A stretch of DNA of 64,000 nucleotides from an uncultured Spirochaetota bacterium (GTDB lineage Bacteria > Spirochaetota > Brevinematia > Brevinematales > JAOACQ01): positions 1 through 64,000 of the forward strand of contig CAWAOD010000016.1 of the NCBI GenBank assembly GCA_963783575.1, in the 5' to 3' direction. Made by a program: the position numbers and the translations under genes. The notes below the pieces were generated by a model. That model was not told where the DNA came from and did not search any database. It saw only the letters and a program-made list of their open reading frames with translations. Shown here one piece after another: positions 10,433 through 19,484 of the stretch (the stretch's first letter is position 1; the number at the start of each line of letters is the position of its first letter).

Positions 10433-11869
10433 ATGAATGAAGAAAAAAATAATTATATCCAGTACAAACTATTATTAGAAAACGCGAATGATATTATAAT
10501 AGTTATTCAGGATAATAAGATAGAATTTGTAAATCAAAAGCCTCTCGCGGATTTGGGTTATTCAATAAATGAAGTAAACGATAAAAACATTTTTGATTTT
10601 ATTCATATTGATGACAAAGAAAAAGTTACCGAATTTCAAATTAAAAAAGCAAAAAATGAAGGATTGCCGGATGATTTGATCTTTCGTATAGTAAGTAAAA
10701 ATGGCCGTCTTGTTTTTGTAAAAATCATTTCAATAACTACAATTTGGGAAGGTAAGCCTGCCAGAATTGTCTGCGTTAAAAATATAACAGATAAAAAGCT
10801 AAACGAGTTAACAGTAAAAAGTTCTGAACATTTATTATTTACTATAATCGACAATCTTCCCGATCCTACATTTGTTATCGATGTTAATGGTAAAGTATAT
10901 TTATGGAATAAAGCTTTAGAAAAAATATCAGGTGTAAAATCGCGGGATATAATCGGGAAAGGGGATTTTGAAAAAGCCGTACCTTTTTTTGGATATAAAG
11001 GGCCGATACTTGTTGATCTTATCTTAAAACCTGATAATGATATTCAAAAAGAATATGACTTTTTTCAAAGATCTGAAAATATACTTATTGCGGGCAGGTT
11101 TCTTACATCAACAGATGATAAAAGTTTTCAAGTATGGGCGACATCTTCAATCCTATATGACACACAGTGGAATGTCATCGGTGCTGTTGAGTCATTCAGG
11201 GATATGACAGAAATAAAAAAAGCCGAAGAAAAGATAAAGGCTTCAATAAAAGAAAAAGAAATTTTATTAAAAGAAATACATCACAGGGTTACAAGTAATA
11301 TGCAGCTTATTAACAGTATGTTTACCGTTCAATTAGAATATGTCAGGGATCCTGATGCTGTCGATTTGTTTAAAGATAGTATAAGCCGAATTGAAACAAT
11401 GGCTGTAATTCACGAAGATTTATATAATTTTCCTTTATATTCTGATATTAATTTTGGAAAATTTATTCCAAAACTTATTGATAACCTGTGTTCAATGTAC
11501 AACCGGCCGGATATAAAAATTAAAATCGAGGCTGAAGAGATTCATCTTGGAATCGATGAGGCGATTCCCTGTGGTCTAATTCTCAATGAACTGGTATCAA
11601 ATAGTTTAAAATATGGGTTTCCGGAAGGTAAAAAGGGTACAATTCTGATAAAATTGTTTTTTGATAAAAATACCCGGCTTTGTAATTTAGTTGTTCATGA
11701 TGATGGAAAAGGGCTTCCCCCCGGTTTTGACTTAACTAAAAATAAGACGTCATTTGGCCTATTAATGGTGAATTTATTATCTTCTCAATTATATGGAAAT
11801 GTCCGGATAAAGTCTGTGAAGGGAACTGAATTTATTATAACTTTTCCGATAAGAATTCACAAAGAGTAA
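10433..11869 (+). CDS. PAS-PAS sensor histidine kinase (HisKA_2 family)
   Basis: Two PAS domains; LLKEIHHRV, GLILNELVSNSLKYGF, HDDGKG. Confidence 0.9.
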   Translation: MNEEKNNYIQYKLLLENANDIIIVIQDNKIEFVNQKPLADLGYSINEVNDKNIFDFIHIDDKEKVTEFQIKKAKNEGLPDDLIFRIVSKNGRLVFVKIISITTIWEGKPARIVCVKNITDKKLNELTVKSSEHLLFTIIDNLPDPTFVIDVNGKVYLWNKALEKISGVKSRDIIGKGDFEKAVPFFGYKGPILVDLILKPDNDIQKEYDFFQRSENILIAGRFLTSTDDKSFQVWATSSILYDTQWNVIGAVESFRDMTEIKKAEEKIKASIKEKEILLKEIHHRVTSNMQLINSMFTVQLEYVRDPDAVDLFKDSISRIETMAVIHEDLYNFPLYSDINFGKFIPKLIDNLCSMYNRPDIKIKIEAEEIHLGIDEAIPCGLILNELVSNSLKYGFPEGKKGTILIKLFFDKNTRLCNLVVHDDGKGLPPGFDLTKNKTSFGLLMVNLLSSQLYGNVRIKSVKGTEFIITFPIRIHKE

Positions 11870-11984
11870 TCTTGATATAAAAAAATTCCTGCTACAGGGA
11901 CTCTACCGAGTAAACATAGTGCCATAAGTGATGAACCCGGGCAATAATCGGCTCAATTCATTACCGAAAGCAGGGAGATTGAAT

Positions 11985-13571
11985 ATGTTCGGAAATAAAA
12001 CCGTAACAAAGTCTCAGGAATATGCCGAAAGTATCATCAACACCGTGCGTGAACCATTAATCGCTCTGGATCAGGATTTAAGAGTAGTCTCCGCAAGCCG
12101 CTCATTTTATGAAGTATTTAAGGTAAACCCCAAAGAAACCGTGGGACAGCTTATCTATGACCTTGGTAATAAACAGTGGAATATTCCCAAGCTGCGGGAA
12201 CTGCTGGAAACAATCCTTCCCCAAAAGACAACTTTTGATAACTATGAGGTTGAACACGATTTTTCTACCATCGGCAAACGCATAATGCTTTTAAATGCCC
12301 GGCAGATTCAAAGGGTATTGGGAAAAGAGCGGATCATCCTCCTGGCCATCGAGGATATCACCGAGCGCAGGGAAATAGAAAATGGTCTGGAAAAAGCCCG
12401 TAAAGAACTGGAAGCAACTAAAATATCCGAAGATGAAGCGCGTGAATATGCCGAGAGTATAATCAACACTGTGCGTGAACCATTAATCACTTTGGATCAG
12501 GATTTAAGAGTAGTCACTGTAAGCCGTTCATTCTACGAAGTCTTTAAGGTAAACCCCAAAGAGACCGTGGGACAGCTTATCTATGACCTGGGAAATAAAC
12601 AGTGGAATATCCCAATGCTTCGGGAACTGCTGGAAACCATACTTCCTCAAAAAACAACCTTTGATAACTATGAGGTTGAACACGATTTTTCTAATATCGG
12701 CAAGCGCATAATGCTTCTAAACGCCAGGCAGATTCAAAGAGTGTTTGGCAAGGAACGGATAATCCTGCTTGCCATCGAGGATATCACCGAGCGCAGGGAG
12801 ATAGAAAACGGGCTGAAAAAAGCCCATGATGAGCTAAAGGAGCTTGCCTCCGAGTTAAAGCATACAGCTAGGGTGAAATCTGAATTCCTTGCCAATATGT
12901 CGCATGAGCTCAGGACCCCGCTTAATTCTATTAACGGTTTCTCTGAAGTATTATACGATGAGACTTTCGGACCGCTTAATGAAAAACAGAAGAAATATGT
13001 TAATAATGTTTTAACCAGCGGAAAACATCTTCTCTTACTGATAAATCAAATCCTTGATATGGCAAAAGTTGAAGCAGGAAAGATGAAGCTGTCTTTATCC
13101 AGCTTACCCATGAAAAGCTTATTAAACGATATTTCAATGCTGGTAGCAGATATGGTCAGTAAAAAGAAGATTGAAATGCTGCTTAATATAGCCGATGATC
13201 TTCCCAATATTGAGGCGGATGAACTCAAGGTAAAAGAGATAATTTACAACCTGCTTTCAAACGCAGTTAAGTTTACCCCCGAGGGAGGTAAAATTGGTAT
13301 GCAGGCGAAGAAAACTGATACTGAGATAGAAGTAGTGGTCTGGGATACAGGGGTCGGTATCGCGCCTGAAAATATGGAAAAGATATTTGAAGGGTTTTTC
13401 CGTGTCGATACACCATATTCCAGGTTAACTGAGGGGACCGGGCTCGGTTTGCCGCTCTCCAGAAATCTTGTTGAGCTGCACGGCGGAAAGCTTTCTGTAG
13501 AATCAGCGGGGTTGAATAAAGGCACCTTGGTCCGGTTTTCTTTGCCTATAGTATCCAGTAAGGCGGTGTGA
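11985..13571 (+). CDS. PAS-PAS sensor histidine kinase (HisKA/HATPase_c)
   Basis: Duplicated PAS; FLANMSHELRTPLN, NLLSNAVKFT, GTGLGL. RBS AGGGAG favours ATG 11985 over GTG 11928. Confidence 0.92.
   Translation: MFGNKTVTKSQEYAESIINTVREPLIALDQDLRVVSASRSFYEVFKVNPKETVGQLIYDLGNKQWNIPKLRELLETILPQKTTFDNYEVEHDFSTIGKRIMLLNARQIQRVLGKERIILLAIEDITERREIENGLEKARKELEATKISEDEAREYAESIINTVREPLITLDQDLRVVTVSRSFYEVFKVNPKETVGQLIYDLGNKQWNIPMLRELLETILPQKTTFDNYEVEHDFSNIGKRIMLLNARQIQRVFGKERIILLAIEDITERREIENGLKKAHDELKELASELKHTARVKSEFLANMSHELRTPLNSINGFSEVLYDETFGPLNEKQKKYVNNVLTSGKHLLLLINQILDMAKVEAGKMKLSLSSLPMKSLLNDISMLVADMVSKKKIEMLLNIADDLPNIEADELKVKEIIYNLLSNAVKFTPEGGKIGMQAKKTDTEIEVVVWDTGVGIAPENMEKIFEGFFRVDTPYSRLTEGTGLGLPLSRNLVELHGGKLSVESAGLNKGTLVRFSLPIVSSKAV
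12018..12825 (+). repeat. Intragenic direct repeat of a PAS module (426-bp period)
   Basis: 12018-12399 and 12444-12825 are near-identical (EYAESIINTVREPL...ITERREIENGL). Confidence 0.9.
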
Positions 13572-13572
13572 G

Positions 13573-13938
13573 ATGAGGAAGAAAGTATTAGTAGTTGATG
13601 ATAATAAAAACAATCTGATGCTTGAAAAGGACCTTCTGGAGGTCGCCGGCTTTGAAGTATTTGAAGCTGAAAATGCTGCCGATGGAATTGCCTTTGCCAG
13701 GCGAGAAAAACCGGATATCATAATTATGGATGTACGGCTTCCGGATATGCTCGGTACCGAAGCTGTCAGGATATTGCGTCAGGATAAAGAAACAAGCGGG
13801 ATCCCCGTTGTTTTTGTTACCGCTTCGGTTATGACGGCGGGCATAAAGGAAATATATACCATACCAAACAGCGGATTCATAAGCAAGCCTATAAATACCC
13901 GTACCTTTGCAAAAGAAATAAGTCAATTTATTAAGTGA
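13573..13938 (+). CDS. Single-domain response regulator (DivK/CheY-like)
   Basis: VLVVDDN, IIMDVRLP, FVTAS, FISKP. Confidence 0.92.
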   Translation: MRKKVLVVDDNKNNLMLEKDLLEVAGFEVFEAENAADGIAFARREKPDIIIMDVRLPDMLGTEAVRILRQDKETSGIPVVFVTASVMTAGIKEIYTIPNSGFISKPINTRTFAKEISQFIK

Positions 13939-13947
13939 GTTTATTAT

Positions 13948-15078
13948 ATGTTGAAAACCAAACCATCAATCCTGATTGTCGATGACCAGCTTCAAAATAT
14001 TGAACTTCTCGAAGCATATCTTGTTCCGCAAAATTATGAGGTTGTCAAGGCTTTAAACGGAGAAGAAGCTCTGGAAAAACTATCCGGGAATCAAATCGAT
14101 CTGATTCTGATGGATGTAATGATGCCCGGCATGGACGGTTTTGAAGCCACCCGCAGGATCAGGCAGGATAATAAACACAAGCTGCTTCCGATAATCCTGG
14201 TTACCGCATTGCGCGAAACGGAAGACCGGATAAAGGGTATTGATGCCGGCTGCGATGATTTTCTTTCAAAACCTGTTGATAAAATGGAGCTTTTATCCCG
14301 GGTCCGGTCCCTGTTAAAAGTCAAGGCCTATAATGACTTGATGAGTAATTACCGGAAAGAACTTGAGTCTGAGGTTGCCAGCAGGACCAGGGAATTAAAA
14401 GTTGCATACGAACGGATAAAAGAAGCATCGCTGGATACGATTTACCGGCTTTCTGTGGCCTCTGAATACAAGGACACTGACACCGGAGCTCATATCAAGC
14501 GCATGAGCCGTTATTCCGCCGCCGTTGCACGTGGTCTGGGCCTGGACGAAAAAACCGTTGAAACCATTCTTTATGCGGCCCCCATGCATGATTTGGGTAA
14601 GATAGGCATACCTGATCAGATTCTGGTAAAACCGGCCAAACTTGACCCGGTGGAGTGGGAAATTATGAAGCATCATACCGTTATCGGCGCTAAAATCCTC
14701 AAGGGCTCGGATGCCGAATTTATAAGGTTAGGGGAGATTATTGCCCTGTATCGTCATGAAAAATGGGATGGAAGCGGTTATCCGAATAGTGTTAAGGGGT
14801 CAGAGATACCACTCGCCGGCCGCATCGCGGCAATCGCGGATGTATTCGATGCCCTGACCTCCAGACGGCCTTATAAGGAACCTTTTTCAGTGGAGGAGTC
14901 ACTGGCCATCATTAGAGAAGGAAGGGGAAGCCATTTTGATCCGGATGTCACGGATGCTTTCTTTACAATCCAGGACGAGATACTTGCTATCAGGGAACAA
15001 TATGGAACCGAAAATCAACAGATTTTTGATATACCTGAACTGAAATCCCTTCTCGCGCGATATAACCATGAAAAATAA
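13948..15078 (+). CDS. REC-HD-GYP cyclic dinucleotide phosphodiesterase (RpfG-like)
   Basis: Receiver domain; MHDLGKIGIPD; RHEKWDGSGYP; IADVFDALTSRRPYK. Confidence 0.92.
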   Translation: MLKTKPSILIVDDQLQNIELLEAYLVPQNYEVVKALNGEEALEKLSGNQIDLILMDVMMPGMDGFEATRRIRQDNKHKLLPIILVTALRETEDRIKGIDAGCDDFLSKPVDKMELLSRVRSLLKVKAYNDLMSNYRKELESEVASRTRELKVAYERIKEASLDTIYRLSVASEYKDTDTGAHIKRMSRYSAAVARGLGLDEKTVETILYAAPMHDLGKIGIPDQILVKPAKLDPVEWEIMKHHTVIGAKILKGSDAEFIRLGEIIALYRHEKWDGSGYPNSVKGSEIPLAGRIAAIADVFDALTSRRPYKEPFSVEESLAIIREGRGSHFDPDVTDAFFTIQDEILAIREQYGTENQQIFDIPELKSLLARYNHEK

Positions 15079-15529
15079 ATATTGATTTTTACCGCCCTTC
15101 CCAAGCTTAAAAGCATGTAAACCGTTCTGCTGCCTATTTAATAAAAATGAAATTATAATAACACATCCTTGTGCTATATGCACTGAATAGAGACTTTATT
15201 CTTTTTTATTTTGATAAAGACATATAAGTCCTCATTTGTTGTATGCGCAGAATTTGCCGATTTGCATAATCTTCCTGTTTTTTAGCCATATACATCCTAC
15301 GTCTTCATCATTAAAATTAATACAACGAAAATGAAGAAGTTCTTATTAATGTCAATGGCGTTTTTCTCATTCATTTAAAGATTTTCGGATTACTAAGCAA
15401 TGGGCATAAAATCCCATATAAATTATAGTAAAATGAGCTTTTTGGACTATTAAAAACAGAAACAAATTAATTTATAATATTACAAATAGGGAAAAAGTTT
15501 ATTAAATAAAATATTTAAAGGAGTTTTTT

Positions 15530-16288
15530 ATGAGATTTAAGGTTATTCTTCTGATTTCGGTTCTTTTTTTATTAGGCTCATCCGGTTTTTCTGCAGACAA
15601 AAAAACAACGCTCCGTTTTGAGGAGCAGTCTCAATTCGAGATCGTCAGCCCGGAAGGGGTAAGGATTTTTATTGATGTAAGCGACCCCAGTCATATCTCA
15701 AGCGCCCCTACTGCAGATGATATACTTTTAACCACACATTCACACCCGGATCATTATATTCCTGCTTTTGTGGATAAATTTCCAGGAATGAAAATTACTT
15801 TTAAACCCGGCCAATTGAAGGCGAAAGATGTGGACATCAATTGCATCCCTTCATCTCATACGAGAGATATTACCTTTGATGCTAAAGATGAAAGTGCTTC
15901 CGATTATATATTCGTAATTAATATTGGAGGAAATCTGAAAATAGTACATTGCGGCGATATCGGCCAGAAAGTACTAACACCGGAGCAAATTGCCGTGTTG
16001 AAAGATGCGGATATCCTGATGACTCAATTTGATAATCCTTTAAGCGGAATGGATCTTAACAACAAAAAAGGGTTTAACCTGGTAAAACAAATCAATCCTA
16101 AAATCATTTTTCCCACGCATTATATCGATGAGGACATACCATATGCCAAGACTTTATGGAATGTTATGTATTCCGAAAAAGATATGCTCGAATTCGGCAG
16201 CTCAATCAGCAATAATAAACCCGTTTTCATAATTGCCGGGTTTATGGCCAAATTATATAAAAAACAATACAATCTTCCTGAATACTGA
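15530..16288 (+). CDS. Secreted metallo-beta-lactamase-fold hydrolase
   Basis: Signal peptide; TTHSHPDH, VHCGDIG, IFPTHY. Confidence 0.8.
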   Translation: MRFKVILLISVLFLLGSSGFSADKKTTLRFEEQSQFEIVSPEGVRIFIDVSDPSHISSAPTADDILLTTHSHPDHYIPAFVDKFPGMKITFKPGQLKAKDVDINCIPSSHTRDITFDAKDESASDYIFVINIGGNLKIVHCGDIGQKVLTPEQIAVLKDADILMTQFDNPLSGMDLNNKKGFNLVKQINPKIIFPTHYIDEDIPYAKTLWNVMYSEKDMLEFGSSISNNKPVFIIAGFMAKLYKKQYNLPEY

Positions 16289-16387
16289 ATTATAATAAAA
16301 AAACATTACAGAATATACTGTTTTATTTCAAAATTCCGGGAATTAAATAGTATTTATATAACGAGATTGTGTTTTAGTGAGGAAGCC

Positions 16388-16972
16388 TTGGAAAAGAAAA
16401 TCACATATTTTGAAAGCGCCGGTAAGATTAATACTGTGAAATGCGCGGAAATAGCCGCCGGTCTCCTTAGAGACAGGATTTATAAAAGCATAGTGATAGC
16501 CTCTACTTCCGGTATAACCGGCCGTATTTTCGGGGAATTATTGAAAGATTTTCCGGTAAATAAAATAGTGGTGACACAATCCTTCTGTTTTAAAAAGCCA
16601 TTTCCACTAGAAATATCGGGAAAATTTACCGGGGAAATCAAAATCCTGGGAGTAAGAGGTTTTAATGAAGCCATAAAGAACAGGGTTAACAAATATCCAT
16701 TAGCAGACCAGTCATTACAGGTTTCTCCGTTAACAGCGGTATTTGAATCATATAACTTTTTTTGCCCGGGAATGAAGGTCTGCGCAAAAATAGTAATGGA
16801 AGCATGCGACGCAGGATTGATATTGGAAGATGAGAAGGTTGTAGCTGTCGCAGGAACCCGTGAAGGTGCGGATACCGTTGTTGTAATTCGTGCAAAACCA
16901 TGGATGCGGTTTAAGGAACTTAAATTTCTGGAAATATCGGCAATGCCGGGGAATTTTATTTATGATGATTGA
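16388..16972 (+). CDS. Pyruvate kinase C-terminal-like (MTH1675-type) protein
   Basis: ITYFESAGKINT, IVIASTSG, GMKVC...DAGLI, VAVAGTREGADT. TTG 16388 follows a GAGGA RBS. Confidence 0.75.
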   Translation: MEKKITYFESAGKINTVKCAEIAAGLLRDRIYKSIVIASTSGITGRIFGELLKDFPVNKIVVTQSFCFKKPFPLEISGKFTGEIKILGVRGFNEAIKNRVNKYPLADQSLQVSPLTAVFESYNFFCPGMKVCAKIVMEACDAGLILEDEKVVAVAGTREGADTVVVIRAKPWMRFKELKFLEISAMPGNFIYDD

Positions 16973-17328
16973 TATCAGAAAATATCAATCATTGTTTGAA
17001 TTCATTCAAAAGTTATGTTTAAGCTTGTTTATGTCTTCCGTTACCTCATTATTTCTTCTATTGTACATATTTCATTAAATTGCGCTTCGGCTGGCTTACC
17101 TATTATTTATATCACTTTTTCATATATGAACCAGTAGCGAATGCCAGTTCGCCAAATAACACGATGTTATACGTGTCTCTATAGCCCTCCCACTTGATAG
17201 TAAAGATTCTAAAAACTGCAATTTAAAATTCTTTTTTTTGCAATTATTATAACTTTCTAATATTATTTAGTTAGAAAATATTATTAGTTATTGGATTTTA
17301 AAGAAAAATATTAAATCAGGAGTGAAAT

Positions 17329-17448
17329 ATGGGAGACAAACGCGGGAAAAAAGAAAAAGCTAAAAGTGAAAAGCAGGCTATGCTGAAAAAACAGGCTATT
17401 AAAGATGAGAAAAAAGAAAAACAGGAAAAGCAAAAAATAGTTAAATAG
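17329..17448 (+). CDS. 39-aa Lys/Glu-rich small protein (not in the ORF track)
   Basis: AGGAG RBS, then ATG; MGDKRGKKEKAKSEKQAMLKKQAIKDEKKEKQEKQKIVK. Confidence 0.6.
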   Translation: MGDKRGKKEKAKSEKQAMLKKQAIKDEKKEKQEKQKIVK

Positions 17449-17661
17449 ATAAAAGGGCACAATGCTTTCGTTCCCAAACCGAGGGTACCGTTTGATAATA
17501 TTGAAGCCGCTAAAGACTGGCTTGTGGAATAAAGCGGCATATAAAATACCATCATCCGGATGCTGTTTTAAATGATTTTATTATGCGGTAAAAATGAGCT
17601 TAATTATCAAAAAAGATTTTTGGTATAGGAAACCTTCAACCAAAATAAGGGAGCTTTATCT

Positions 17662-18120
17662 GTGTTAAAAATAGTAAATGTGAAGGAATATGACGGGGGA
17701 ATTGATAAAGCGGTAAAATTTATTCATGGAGTATGGGGCAATGATAAAAATTATTCATTTTACAGTGATGCTATATACCATTCGTCATTATCTGGGAAGA
17801 AATTGCCGCAATTCTTTTTACTTCTTAAAAATAGTGAAATAATAGGCTGTTCCGCGTTAATTATCAATGATTTTATCAGCCGCCAGGATTTATATCCTTG
17901 GTTTGCCTGCCTGTTTGTCGATGAAAAAGAACGCAGGAATGAATATGGGAAGCTGTTAATCGAATATTCTGAGCGTGAGGCAAAAAAGGCGGGATTTTCG
18001 ATTCTTTATTTAACTACAGATCTTGACGGTTTTTATGAAAAATACGGATGGATCAGGATTGAAGACGGCATTAATTTGTTCGAATGCAAACCGGCCAGGA
18101 TGTACTCAAAAAAGCTTTAG
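17662..18120 (+). CDS. GNAT family N-acetyltransferase
   Basis: PWFACLFVDEKERRNEYGKLLI, LYLTT..GFYEKYGW. Confidence 0.9.
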   Translation: MLKIVNVKEYDGGIDKAVKFIHGVWGNDKNYSFYSDAIYHSSLSGKKLPQFFLLLKNSEIIGCSALIINDFISRQDLYPWFACLFVDEKERRNEYGKLLIEYSEREAKKAGFSILYLTTDLDGFYEKYGWIRIEDGINLFECKPARMYSKKL

Positions 18121-18172
18121 GAAATTATTGCCGATATAATAAACCCAAATTCGATAAAATGGAGGAAATTTT

Positions 18173-19438
18173 ATGAAGTGTTCAATATTGATGATTGTTT
18201 TATTTTTCACAATTCCAGCCTTCCTATTCGCCCTGGGTGATGATAGTAAGAGCAGATGGGTAAAGGCCGAATCCGGTCTTGTAATGAGAGATAATCCCTA
18301 CTTGACTGCAGTTAAAATAGCGACAATCCCTTTCGGTGAAAAAATAACGTTTCTAGAAGAAAAAGGTGATGAATTGACTATTGCCGAGGCAACAGGACGC
18401 TGGACAAAAGTTGCCTGGAATGATAATACGGGGTGGGTATTCGGTGGATTTTTGACAGATGAGGAAATGGTAAAAATGATACCGGTCAAATTAAATGGTA
18501 AATGGGGTTATATAGACAGGACCGGCAAATTTGTCATTGACCCGCAATTTGATTCAGCAGCGTATTTTCATGAAGGTCTGGCCGCGGTTCAGTCGGGCCA
18601 TAAATGGGGTTATATTGATAAAACCGGTAAAACTGTCATTGATACTCAGTTTGATACTACTTTTTCTTTTTCCGAAGGGCTGGCTATGGTGAAATCAGGG
18701 CATAAATGTGGTTTTATTGATAAAACAGGTAAATTTGCGATCAAACCGCAGTTTGAAGACGGTTATGTGTTTTCATTCTCCGGAGGGCTGGCTGTCTTTA
18801 GACCCGGGGATAAATGGGGTTATATTGATAAGACCGGCAGGGTTGCGATTCAGCCTCAGTTTGATTATGCCTATTCTTTTTCCGAAGATTTAGCTTCTGT
18901 TGAAACAGGCAGTATATATGGTTATATTGATAAGACCGGCAAGTTTGTGATTCAGCCTCAATTTGATAATGCTATTTCTTTTTCCGGGGGTTTAGCCTCA
19001 GTTGTAAAAAGCGGTAAATACGGTTTTATCGATAAGACAGGCAAATATGTAATTCAGGCTCAATATGACGATGCGATTTCTTTTTCCGAAGGATTGGCGG
19101 CGGTTAAATCAGGCGACGCGATCGGTTATATTGATAAAACCGGCAGGTTTGTCATTAAACCCAATCCTATTTTTAATGTTTCAGTTGATTCTTTTTCCGA
19201 AGGTCTGGCAAGAGTAGATTCGGGTAATAAGATCGGTTTTATTGATAAATCGGGAAAGTTTATTGTTGATCCTAAATATATTTCAGTTTATGCTTTTTCA
19301 GGCGGATTGGCCGCGGTAGAATCGGGTAATAAATGGGGCTTTATCGATAAGACCGGTAAGGTTGTCATTCAGCCTCAATTTGATGATGTGGAGTTTTTAT
19401 TTAAGGAAACTCTTCCTATAGAAATTGAGGGCGAATAA
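18173..19438 (+). CDS. Secreted SH3-domain plus WG-repeat (KWG Leptospira-type) protein
   Basis: Signal peptide; GLVMRDNP...GWVFGGFL bacterial SH3; nine repeats of about 35 aa (KWGYIDKTG...PQFD...FSEGLA). Confidence 0.9.
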   Translation: MKCSILMIVLFFTIPAFLFALGDDSKSRWVKAESGLVMRDNPYLTAVKIATIPFGEKITFLEEKGDELTIAEATGRWTKVAWNDNTGWVFGGFLTDEEMVKMIPVKLNGKWGYIDRTGKFVIDPQFDSAAYFHEGLAAVQSGHKWGYIDKTGKTVIDTQFDTTFSFSEGLAMVKSGHKCGFIDKTGKFAIKPQFEDGYVFSFSGGLAVFRPGDKWGYIDKTGRVAIQPQFDYAYSFSEDLASVETGSIYGYIDKTGKFVIQPQFDNAISFSGGLASVVKSGKYGFIDKTGKYVIQAQYDDAISFSEGLAAVKSGDAIGYIDKTGRFVIKPNPIFNVSVDSFSEGLARVDSGNKIGFIDKSGKFIVDPKYISVYAFSGGLAAVESGNKWGFIDKTGKVVIQPQFDDVEFLFKETLPIEIEGE

Positions 19439-19484
19439 GGAGATTAAAGAAAACCGGTTTTATGAATAAAATGAGAAGGTTTTT

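Noticed and set aside
15180..15300. Minus-strand GGCAAA motif as a c-di-GMP-I riboswitch
   Set aside because: Lacks the GNRA-capped P2 and the downstream GCAAA/P3 elements, and has no downstream gene in that orientation.
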